Of a stretch of 64,000 nt of DNA, positions 12,001 to 24,000 are shown piece after piece. Position numbers and translations under genes: made by a program. Positions within the stretch are counted from its first letter, which is position 1. Every line of letters begins with the position of its first letter. Under the pieces are notes generated by a model, which worked only from the letters and a program-made list of their open reading frames with translations, was not told where the DNA came from and searched no databases. Origin of the DNA: Owenia fusiformis (Eukaryota); the NCBI GenBank assembly GCA_903813345.2, contig CAIIXF020000001.1:25544001-25608000 (forward strand), given 5' to 3'.

Positions 12001-15000
12001 CACTGTAGTTGTGTCAGCTACTGTTGTTGTAACATCAGCCGTTGTTGCATCAGCAACTGTTGTTGCAGCATCAGCTGTAGTTGTGTCAGCCACTGTAGTT
12101 GTAGCATCAGCTGCTGTAGTATCTGCCGTAGTTGCGTCAGCCACTGTAGTTGTGTCAGCTACTGTTGTTGTAACATCAGCCGTTGTTGCATCAGCAACTG
12201 TTGTTGCAGCATCAGCTGTAGTTGTGTCAGCCACTGTAGTTGTAGCATCAGCTGCTGTAGTATCTGCCGTAGTTGCGTCAGCCACTGTAGTTGTGTCAGC
12301 TACTGTTGTTGTAACATCAGCCGTTGTTGCATCAGCAACTGTTGTTGCAGCATCAGCTGTAGTTGTGTCAGCCACTGTAGTTGTAGCATCAGCTGCTGTA
12401 GTATCTGCCGTAGTTGCGTCAGCCACTGTAGTTGTGTCAGCTACTGTTGTTGTAACATCAGCCGTTGTTGCATCAGCAACTGTTGTTGCAGCATCAGCTG
12501 TAGTTGTGTCAGCCACTGTAGTTGTAGCATCAGCTGCTGTAGTATCTGCCGTAGTTGCGTCAGCCACTGTAGTTGTGTCAGCTACTGTTGTTGTAACATC
12601 AGCCGTTGTTGCATCAGCAACTGTTGTTGCAGCATCAGCTGTAGTTGTGTCAGCCACTGTAGTTGTAGCATCAGCTGCTGTAGTATCTGCCGTAGTTGCG
12701 TCAGCCACTGTAGTTGTGTCAGCTACTGTTGTTGTAACATCAGCCGTTGTTGCATCAGCAACTGTTGTTGCAGCATCAGCTGTAGTTGTGTCAGCCACTG
12801 TAGTTGTAGCATCAGCTGCTGTAGTATCTGCCGTAGTTGCGTCAGCCACTGTAGTTGTGTCAGCTACTGTTGTTGTAACATCAGCCGTTGTTGCATCAGC
12901 AACTGTTGTTGCAGCATCAGCTGTAGTTGTGTCAGCCACTGTAGTTGTAGCATCAGCTGCTGTAGTATCTGCCGTAGTTGCGTCAGCCACTGTAGTTGTG
13001 TCAGCTACTGTTGTTGTAACATCAGCCGTTGTTGCATCAGCAACTGTTGTTGCAGCATCAGGCTGTAGTTGTGTCAGCCACTGTAGTTGTAGCATCAGCT
13101 GCTGTAGTATCTGCCGTAGTTGCGTCAGCCACTGTAGTTGTGTCAGCTACTGTTGTTGTAACATCAGCCGTTGTTGCATCAGCAACTGTTGTTGCAGCAT
13201 CGGCTGTAGTTGTGTCAGCCACTGTAGTTGTAGCATCAGCTGCTGTAGTATCTGCCGTAGTTGCGTCAGCCACTGTAGTTGTGTCAGCTACTGTTGTTGT
13301 AACATCAGCCGTTGTTGCATCAGCAACTGTTGTTGCAGCATCAGCTGTAGTTGTGTCAGCCACTGTAGTTGTAGCATCAGCTGCTGTAGTATCTGCCGTA
13401 GTTGCGTCAGCCACTGTAGTTGTGTCAGCTACTGTTGTTGTAACATCAGCCGTTGTTGCATCAGCAACTGTTGTTGCAGCATCAGCTGTAGTTGTGTCAG
13501 CCACTGTAGTTGTAGCATCAGCTGCTGTAGTATCTGCCGTAGTTGCGTCAGCCACTGTAGTTGTGTCAGCTACTGTTGTTGTAACATCAGCCGTTGTTGC
13601 ATCAGCAACTGTTGTTGCAGCATCAGCTGTAGTTGTGTCAGCCACTGTAGTTGTAGCATCAGCTGCTGTAGTATCTGCCGTAGTTGCGTCAGCCACTGTA
13701 GTTGTGTCAGCTACTGTTGTTGTAACATCAGCCGTTGTTGCATCAGCAACTGTTGTTGCAGCATCGGCTGTAGTTGTGTCAGCCACTGTAGTTGTAGCAT
13801 CAGCTGCTGTAGTATCTGCCGTAGTTGCGTCAGCCACTGTAGTTGTGTCAGCTACTGTTGTTGTAACATCAGCCGTTGTTGCATCAGCAACTGTTGTTGC
13901 AGCATCGGCTGTAGTTGTGTCAGCCACTGTAGTTGTAGCATCAGCTGCTGTAGTATCTGCCGTAGTTGCGTCAGCCACTGTAGTTGTGTCAGCTACTGTT
14001 GTTGTAACATCAGCCGTTGTTGCATCAGCAACTGTTGTTGCAGCATCAGCTGTAGTTGTGTCAGCCACTGTAGTTGTAGCATCAGCTGCTGTAGTATCTG
14101 CCGTAGTTGCGTCAGCCACTGTAGTTGTGTCAGCTACTGTTGTTGTAACATCAGCCGTTGTTGCATCAGCAACTGTTGTTGCAGCATCGGCTGTAGTTGT
14201 GTCAGCCACTGTAGTTGTAGCATCAGCTGCTGTAGTATCTGCCGTAGTTGCGTCAGCCACTGTAGTTGTGTCAGCTACTGTTGTTGTAACATCAGCCGTT
14301 GTTGCATCAGCAACTGTTGTTGCAGCATCGGCTGTAGTTGTGTCAGCCACTGTAGTTGTAGCATCAGCTGCTGTAGTATCTGCCGTAGTTGCGTCAGCCA
14401 CTGTAGTTGTGTCAGCTACTGTTGTTGTAACATCAGCCGTTGTTGCATCAGCAACTGTTGTTGCAGCATCAGCTGTAGTTGTGTCAGCCACTGTAGTTGT
14501 AGCATCAGCTGCTGTAGTATCTGCCGTAGTTGCGTCAGCCACTGTAGTTGTGTCAGCTACTGTTGTTGTAACATCAGCCGTTGTTGCATCAGCAACTGTT
14601 GTTGCAGCATCAGCTGTAGTTGTGTCAGCCACTGTAGTTGTAGCATCAGCTGCTGTAGTATCTGCCGTAGTTGCGTCAGCCACTGTAGTTGTGTCAGCTA
14701 CTGTTGTTGTAACATCAGCCGTTGTTGCATCAGCAACTGTTGTTGCAGCATCAGCTGTAGTTGTGTCAGCCACTGTAGTTGTAGCATCAGCTGCTGTAGT
14801 ATCTGCCGTAGTTGCGTCAGCCACTGTAGTTGTGTCAGCTACTGTTGTTGTAACATCAGCCGTTGTTGCATCAGCAACTGTTGTTGCAGCATCAGCTGTA
14901 GTTGTGTCAGCCACTGTAGTTGTAGCATCAGCTGCTGTAGTATCTGCCGTAGTTGCGTCAGCCACTGTAGTTGTGTCAGCTACTGTTGTTGTAACATCAG

Positions 15001-18000
15001 CCGTTGTTGCATCAGCAACTGTTGTTGCAGCATCGGCTGTAGTTGTGTCAGCCACTGTAGTTGTAGCATCAGCTGCTGTAGTATCTGCCGTAGTTGCGTC
15101 AGCCACTGTAGTTGTGTCAGCTACTGTTGTTGTAACATCAGCCGTTGTTGCATCAGCAACTGTTGTTGCAGCATCGGCTGTAGTTGTGTCAGCCACTGTA
15201 GTTGTAGCATCAGCTGCTGTAGTATCTGCCGTAGTTGCGTCAGCCACTGTAGTTGTGTCAGCTACTGTTGTTGTAACATCAGCCGTTGTTGCATCAGCAA
15301 CTGTTGTTGCAGCATCAGCTGTAGTTGTGTCAGCCACTGTAGTTGTAGCATCAGCTGCTGTAGTATCTGCCGTAGTTGCGTCAGCCACTGTAGTTGTGTC
15401 AGCTACTGTTGTTGTAACATCAGCCGTTGTTGCATCAGCAACTGTTGTTGCAGCATCAGCTGTAGTTGTGTCAGCCACTGTAGTTGTAGCATCAGCTGCT
15501 GTAGTATCTGCCGTAGTTGCGTCAGCCACTGTAGTTGTGTCAGCTACTGTTGTTGTAACATCAGCCGTTGTTGCATCAGCAACTGTTGTTGCAGCATCAG
15601 CTGTAGTTGTGTCAGCCACTGTAGTTGTAGCATCAGCTGCTGTAGTATCTGCCGTAGTTGCGTCAGCCACTGTAGTTGTGTCAGCTACTGTTGTTGTAAC
15701 ATCAGCCGTTGTTGCATCAGCAACTGTTGTTGCAGCATCAGCTGTAGTTGTGTCAGCCACTGTAGTTGTAGCATCAGCTGCTGTAGTATCTGCCGTAGTT
15801 GCGTCAGCCACTGTAGTTGTGTCAGCTACTGTTGTTGTAACATCAGCCGTTGTTGCATCAGCAACTGTTGTTGCAGCATCAGCTGTAGTTGTGTCAGCCA
15901 CTGTAGTTGTAGCATCAGCTGCTGTAGTATCTGCCGTAGTTGCGTCAGCCACTGTAGTTGTGTCAGCTACTGTTGTTGTAACATCAGCCGTTGTTGCATC
16001 AGCAACTGTTGTTGCAGCATCAGCTGTAGTTGTGTCAGCCACTGTAGTTGTAGCATCAGCTGCTGTAGTATCTGCCGTAGTTGCGTCAGCCACTGTAGTT
16101 GTGTCAGCTACTGTTGTTGTAACATCAGCCGTTGTTGCATCAGCAACTGTTGTTGCAGCATCAGCTGTAGTTGTGTCAGCCACTGTAGTTGTAGCATCAG
16201 CTGCTGTAGTATCTGCCGTAGTTGCGTCAGCCACTGTAGTTGTGTCAGCTACTGTTGTTGTAACATCAGCCGTTGTTGCATCAGCAACTGTTGTTGCAGC
16301 ATCAGCTGTAGTTGTGTCAGCCACTGTAGTTGTAGCATCAGCTGCTGTAGTATCTGCCGTAGTTGCGTCAGCCACTGTAGTTGTGTCAGCTACTGTTGTT
16401 GTAACATCAGCCGTTGTTGCATCAGCAACTGTTGTTGCAGCATCAGCTGTAGTTGTGTCAGCCACTGTAGTTGTAGCATCAGCTGCTGTAGTATCTGCCG
16501 TAGTTGCGTCAGCCACTGTAGTTGTGTCAGCTACTGTTGTTGTAACATCAGCCGTTGTTGCATCAGCAACTGTTGTTGCAGCATCAGCTGTAGTTGTGTC
16601 AGCCACTGTAGTTGTAGCATCAGCTGCTGTAGTATCTGCCGTAGTTGCGTCAGCCACTGTAGTTGTGTCAGCTACTGTTGTTGTAACATCAGCCGTTGTT
16701 GCATCAGCAACTGTTGTTGCAGCATCAGCTGTAGTTGTGTCAGCCACTGTAGTTGTAGCATCAGCTGCTGTAGTATCTGCCGTAGTTGCGTCAGCCACTG
16801 TAGTTGTGTCAGCTACTGTTGTTGTAACATCAGCCGTTGTTGCATCAGCAACTGTTGTTGCAGCATCAGCTGTAGTTGTGTCAGCCACTGTAGTTGTAGC
16901 ATCAGCTGCTGTAGTATCTGCCGTAGTTGCGTCAGCCACTGTAGTTGTGTCAGCTACTGTTGTTGTAACATCAGCCGTTGTTGCATCAGCAACTGTTGTT
17001 GCAGCATCAGCTGTAGTTGTGTCAGCCACTGTAGTTGTAGCATCAGCTGCTGTAGTATCTGCCGTAGTTGCGTCAGCCACTGTAGTTGTGTCAGCTACTG
17101 TTGTTGTAACATCAGCCGTTGTTGCATCAGCAACTGTTGTTGCAGCATCAGCTGTAGTTGTGTCAGCCACTGTAGTTGTAGCATCAGCTGCTGTAGTATC
17201 TGCCGTAGTTGCGTCAGCCACTGTAGTTGTGTCAGCTACTGTTGTTGTAACATCAGCCGTTGTTGCATCAGCAACTGTTGTTGCAGCATCAGCTGTAGTT
17301 GTGTCAGCCACTGTAGTTGTAGCATCAGCTGCTGTAGTATCTGCCGTAGTTGCGTCAGCCACTGTAGTTGTGTCAGCTACTGTTGTTGTAACATCAGCCG
17401 TTGTTGCATCAGCAACTGTTGTTGCAGCATCAGCTGTAGTTGTGTCAGCCACTGTAGTTGTAGCATCAGCTGCTGTAGTATCTGCCGTAGTTGCGTCAGC
17501 CACTGTAGTTGTGTCAGCTACTGTTGTTGTAACATCAGCCGTTGTTGCATCAGCAACTGTTGTTGCAGCATCAGCTGTAGTTGTGTCAGCCACTGTAGTT
17601 GTAGCATCAGCTGCTGTAGTATCTGCCGTAGTTGCGTCAGCCACTGTAGTTGTGTCAGCTACTGTTGTTGTAACATCAGCCGTTGTTGCATCAGCAACTG
17701 TTGTTGCAGCATCAGCTGTAGTTGTGTCAGCCACTGTAGTTGTAGCATCAGCTGCTGTAGTATCTGCCGTAGTTGCGTCAGCCACTGTAGTTGTGTCAGC
17801 TACTGTTGTTGTAACATCAGCCGTTGTTGCATCAGCAACTGTTGTTGCAGCATCAGCTGTAGTTGTGTCAGCCACTGTAGTTGTAGCATCAGCTGCTGTA
17901 GTATCTGCCGTAGTTGCGTCAGCCACTGTAGTTGTGTCAGCTACTGTTGTTGTAACATCAGCCGTTGTTGCATCAGCAACTGTTGTTGCAGCATCAGCTG

Positions 18001-21000
18001 TAGTTGTGTCAGCCACTGTAGTTGTAGCATCAGCTGCTGTAGTATCTGCCGTAGTTGCGTCAGCCACTGTAGTTGTGTCAGCTACTGTTGTTGTAACATC
18101 AGCCGTTGTTGCATCAGCAACTGTTGTTGCAGCATCAGCTGTAGTTGTGTCAGCCACTGTAGTTGTAGCATCAGCTGCTGTAGTATCTGCCGTAGTTGCG
18201 TCAGCCACTGTAGTTGTGTCAGCTACTGTTGTTGTAACATCAGCCGTTGTTGCATCAGCAACTGTTGTTGCAGCATCAGCTGTAGTTGTGTCAGCCACTG
18301 TAGTTGTAGCATCAGCTGCTGTAGTATCTGCCGTAGTTGCGTCAGCCACTGTAGTTGTGTCAGCTACTGTTGTTGTAACATCAGCCGTTGTTGCATCAGC
18401 AACTGTTGTTGCAGCATCAGCTGTAGTTGTGTCAGCCACTGTAGTTGTAGCATCAGCTGCTGTAGTATCTGCCGTAGTTGCGTCAGCCACTGTAGTTGTG
18501 TCAGCTACTGTTGTTGTAACATCAGCCGTTGTTGCATCAGCAACTGTTGTTGCAGCATCAGCTGTAGTTGTGTCAGCCACTGTAGTTGTAGCATCAGCTG
18601 CTGTAGTATCTGCCGTAGTTGCGTCAGCCACTGTAGTTGTGTCAGCTACTGTTGTTGTAACATCAGCCGTTGTTGCATCAGCAACTGTTGTTGCAGCATC
18701 AGCTGTAGTTGTGTCAGCCACTGTAGTTGTAGCATCAGCTGCTGTAGTATCTGCCGTAGTTGCGTCAGCCACTGTAGTTGTGTCAGCTACTGTTGTTGTA
18801 ACATCAGCCGTTGTTGCATCAGCAACTGTTGTTGCAGCATCAGCTGTAGTTGTGTCAGCCACTGTAGTTGTAGCATCAGCTGCTGTAGTATCTGCCGTAG
18901 TTGCGTCAGCCACTGTAGTTGTGTCAGCTACTGTTGTTGTAACATCAGCCGTTGTTGCATCAGCAACTGTTGTTGCAGCATCAGCTGTAGTTGTGTCAGC
19001 CACTGTAGTTGTAGCATCAGCTGCTGTAGTATCTGCCGTAGTTGCGTCAGCCACTGTAGTTGTGTCAGCTACTGTTGTTGTAACATCAGCCGTTGTTGCA
19101 TCAGCAACTGTTGTTGCAGCATCAGCTGTAGTTGTGTCAGCCACTGTAGTTGTAGCATCAGCTGCTGTAGTATCTGCCGTAGTTGCGTCAGCCACTGTAG
19201 TTGTGTCAGCTACTGTTGTTGTAACATCAGCCGTTGTTGCATCAGCAACTGTTGTTGCAGCATCAGCTGTAGTTGTGTCAGCCACTGTAGTTGTAGCATC
19301 AGCTGCTGTAGTATCTGCCGTAGTTGCGTCAGCCACTGTAGTTGTGTCAGCTACTGTTGTTGTAACATCAGCCGTTGTTGCATCAGCAACTGTTGTTGCA
19401 GCATCAGCTGTAGTTGTGTCAGCCACTGTAGTTGTAGCATCAGCTGCTGTAGTATCTGCCGTAGTTGCGTCAGCCACTGTAGTTGTGTCAGCTACTGTTG
19501 TTGTAACATCAGCCGTTGTTGCATCAGCAACTGTTGTTGCAGCATCAGCTGTAGTTGTGTCAGCCACTGTAGTTGTAGCATCAGCTGCTGTAGTATCTGC
19601 CGTAGTTGCGTCAGCCACTGTAGTTGTGTCAGCTACTGTTGTTGTAACATCAGCCGTTGTTGCATCAGCAACTGTTGTTGCAGCATCAGCTGTAGTTGTG
19701 TCAGCCACTGTAGTTGTAGCATCAGCTGCTGTAGTATCTGCCGTAGTTGCGTCAGCCACTGTAGTTGTGTCAGCTACTGTTGTTGTAACATCAGCCGTTG
19801 TTGCATCAGCAACTGTTGTTGCAGCATCAGCTGTAGTTGTGTCAGCCACTGTAGTTGTAGCATCAGCTGCTGTAGTATCTGCCGTAGTTGCGTCAGCCAC
19901 TGTAGTTGTGTCAGCTACTGTTGTTGTAACATCAGCCGTTGTTGCATCAGCAACTGTTGTTGCAGCATCAGCTGTAGTTGTGTCAGCCACTGTAGTTGTA
20001 GCATCAGCTGCTGTAGTATCTGCCGTAGTTGCGTCAGCCACTGTAGTTGTGTCAGCTACTGTTGTTGTAACATCAGCCGTTGTTGCATCAGCAACTGTTG
20101 TTGCAGCATCAGCTGTAGTTGTGTCAGCCACTGTAGTTGTAGCATCAGCTGCTGTAGTATCTGCCGTAGTTGCGTCAGCCACTGTAGTTGTGTCAGCTAC
20201 TGTTGTTGTAACATCAGCCGTTGTTGCATCAGCAACTGTTGTTGCAGCATCAGCTGTAGTTGTGTCAGCCACTGTAGTTGTAGCATCAGCTGCTGTAGTA
20301 TCTGCCGTAGTTGCGTCAGCCACTGTAGTTGTGTCAGCTACTGTTGTTGTAACATCAGCCGTTGTTGCATCAGCAACTGTTGTTGCAGCATCAGCTGTAG
20401 TTGTGTCAGCCACTGTAGTTGTAGCATCAGCTGCTGTAGTATCTGCCGTAGTTGCGTCAGCCACTGTAGTTGTGTCAGCTACTGTTGTTGTAACATCAGC
20501 CGTTGTTGCATCAGCAACTGTTGTTGCAGCATCAGCTGTAGTTGTGTCAGCCACTGTAGTTGTAGCATCAGCTGCTGTAGTATCTGCCGTAGTTGCGTCA
20601 GCCACTGTAGTTGTGTCAGCTACTGTTGTTGTAACATCAGCCGTTGTTGCATCAGCAACTGTTGTTGCAGCATCAGCTGTAGTTGTGTCAGCCACTGTAG
20701 TTGTAGCATCAGCTGCTGTAGTATCTGCCGTAGTTGCGTCAGCCACTGTAGTTGTGTCAGCTACTGTTGTTGTAACATCAGCCGTTGTTGCATCAGCAAC
20801 TGTTGTTGCAGCATCAGCTGTAGTTGTGTCAGCCACTGTAGTTGTAGCATCAGCTGCTGTAGTATCTGCCGTAGTTGCGTCAGCCACTGTAGTTGTGTCA
20901 GCTACTGTTGTTGTAACATCAGCCGTTGTTGCATCAGCAACTGTTGTTGCAGCATCAGCTGTAGTTGTGTCAGCCACTGTAGTTGTAGCATCAGCTGCTG

Positions 21001-24000
21001 TAGTATCTGCCGTAGTTGCGTCAGCCACTGTAGTTGTGTCAGCTACTGTTGTTGTAACATCAGCCGTTGTTGCATCAGCAACTGTTGTTGCAGCATCAGC
21101 TGTAGTTGTGTCAGCCACTGTAGTTGTAGCATCAGCTGCTGTAGTATCTGCCGTAGTTGCGTCAGCCACTGTAGTTGTGTCAGCTACTGTTGTTGTAACA
21201 TCAGCCGTTGTTGCATCAGCAACTGTTGTTGCAGCATCAGCTGTAGTTGTGTCAGCCACTGTAGTTGTAGCATCAGCTGCTGTAGTATCTGCCGTAGTTG
21301 CGTCAGCCACTGTAGTTGTGTCAGCTACTGTTGTTGTAACATCAGCCGTTGTTGCATCAGCAACTGTTGTTGCAGCATCAGCTGTAGTTGTGTCAGCCAC
21401 TGTAGTTGTAGCATCAGCTGCTGTAGTATCTGCCGTAGTTGCGTCAGCCACTGTAGTTGTGTCAGCTACTGTTGTTGTAACATCAGCCGTTGTTGCATCA
21501 GCAACTGTTGTTGCAGCATCAGCTGTAGTTGTGTCAGCCACTGTAGTTGTAGCATCAGCTGCTGTAGTATCTGCCGTAGTTGCGTCAGCCACTGTAGTTG
21601 TGTCAGCTACTGTTGTTGTAACATCAGCCGTTGTTGCATCAGCAACTGTTGTTGCAGCATCAGCTGTAGTTGTGTCAGCCACTGTAGTTGTAGCATCAGC
21701 TGCTGTAGTATCTGCCGTAGTTGCGTCAGCCACTGTAGTTGTGTCAGCTACTGTTGTTGTAACATCAGCCGTTGTTGCATCAGCAACTGTTGTTGCAGCA
21801 TCAGCTGTAGTTGTGTCAGCCACTGTAGTTGTAGCATCAGCTGCTGTAGTATCTGCCGTAGTTGCGTCAGCCACTGTAGTTGTGTCAGCTACTGTTGTTG
21901 TAACATCAGCCGTTGTTGCATCAGCAACTGTTGTTGCAGCATCAGCTGTAGTTGTGTCAGCCACTGTAGTTGTAGCATCAGCTGCTGTAGTATCTGCCGT
22001 AGTTGCGTCAGCCACTGTAGTTGTGTCAGCTACTGTTGTTGTAACATCAGCCGTTGTTGCATCAGCAACTGTTGTTGCAGCATCAGCTGTAGTTGTGTCA
22101 GCCACTGTAGTTGTAGCATCAGCTGCTGTAGTATCTGCCGTAGTTGCGTCAGCCACTGTAGTTGTGTCAGCTACTGTTGTTGTAACATCAGCCGTTGTTG
22201 CATCAGCAACTGTTGTTGCAGCATCAGCTGTAGTTGTGTCAGCCACTGTAGTTGTAGCATCAGCTGCTGTAGTATCTGCCGTAGTTGCGTCAGCCACTGT
22301 AGTTGTGTCAGCTACTGTTGTTGTAACATCAGCCGTTGTTGCATCAGCAACTGTTGTTGCAGCATCAGCTGTAGTTGTGTCAGCCACTGTAGTTGTAGCA
22401 TCAGCTGCTGTAGTATCTGCCGTAGTTGCGTCAGCCACTGTAGTTGTGTCAGCTACTGTTGTTGTAACATCAGCCGTTGTTGCATCAGCAACTGTTGTTG
22501 CAGCATCAGCTGTAGTTGTGTCAGCCACTGTAGTTGTAGCATCAGCTGCTGTAGTATCTGCCGTAGTTGCGTCAGCCACTGTAGTTGTGTCAGCTACTGT
22601 TGTTGTAACATCAGCCGTTGTTGCATCAGCAACTGTTGTTGCAGCATCAGCTGTAGTTGTGTCAGCCACTGTAGTTGTAGCATCAGCTGCTGTAGTATCT
22701 GCCGTAGTTGCGTCAGCCACTGTAGTTGTGTCAGCTACTGTTGTTGTAACATCAGCCGTTGTTGCATCAGCAACTGTTGTTGCAGCATCAGCTGTAGTTG
22801 TGTCAGCCACTGTAGTTGTAGCATCAGCTGCTGTAGTATCTGCCGTAGTTGCGTCAGCCACTGTAGTTGTGTCAGCTACTGTTGTTGTAACATCAGCCGT
22901 TGTTGCATCAGCAACTGTTGTTGCAGCATCAGCTGTAGTTGTGTCAGCCACTGTAGTTGTAGCATCAGCTGCTGTAGTATCTGCCGTAGTTGCGTCAGCC
23001 ACTGTAGTTGTGTCAGCTACTGTTGTTGTAACATCAGCCGTTGTTGCATCAGCAACTGTTGTTGCAGCATCAGCTGTAGTTGTGTCAGCCACTGTAGTTG
23101 TAGCATCAGCTGCTGTAGTATCTGCCGTAGTTGCGTCAGCCACTGTAGTTGTGTCAGCTACTGTTGTTGTAACATCAGCCGTTGTTGCATCAGCAACTGT
23201 TGTTGCAGCATCAGCTGTAGTTGTGTCAGCCACTGTAGTTGTAGCATCAGCTGCTGTAGTATCTGCCGTAGTTGCGTCAGCCACTGTAGTTGTGTCAGCT
23301 ACTGTTGTTGTAACATCAGCCGTTGTTGCATCAGCAACTGTTGTTGCAGCATCAGCTGTAGTTGTGTCAGCCACTGTAGTTGTAGCATCAGCTGCTGTAG
23401 TATCTGCCGTAGTTGCGTCAGCCACTGTAGTTGTGTCAGCTACTGTTGTTGTAACATCAGCCGTTGTTGCATCAGCAACTGTTGTTGCAGCATCAGCTGT
23501 AGTTGTGTCAGCCACTGTAGTTGTAGCATCAGCTGCTGTAGTATCTGCCGTAGTTGCGTCAGCCACTGTAGTTGTGTCAGCTACTGTTGTTGTAACATCA
23601 GCCGTTGTTGCATCAGCAACTGTTGTTGCAGCATCAGCTGTAGTTGTGTCAGCCACTGTAGTTGTAGCATCAGCTGCTGTAGTATCTGCCGTAGTTGCGT
23701 CAGCCACTGTAGTTGTGTCAGCTACTGTTGTTGTAACATCAGCCGTTGTTGCATCAGCAACTGTTGTTGCAGCATCAGCTGTAGTTGTGTCAGCCACTGT
23801 AGTTGTAGCATCAGCTGCTGTAGTATCTGCCGTAGTTGCGTCAGCCACTGTAGTTGTGTCAGCTACTGTTGTTGTAACATCAGCCGTTGTTGCATCAGCA
23901 ACTGTTGTTGCAGCATCAGCTGTAGTTGTGTCAGCCACTGTAGTTGTAGCATCAGCTGCTGTAGTATCTGCCGTAGTTGCGTCAGCCACTGTAGTTGTGT

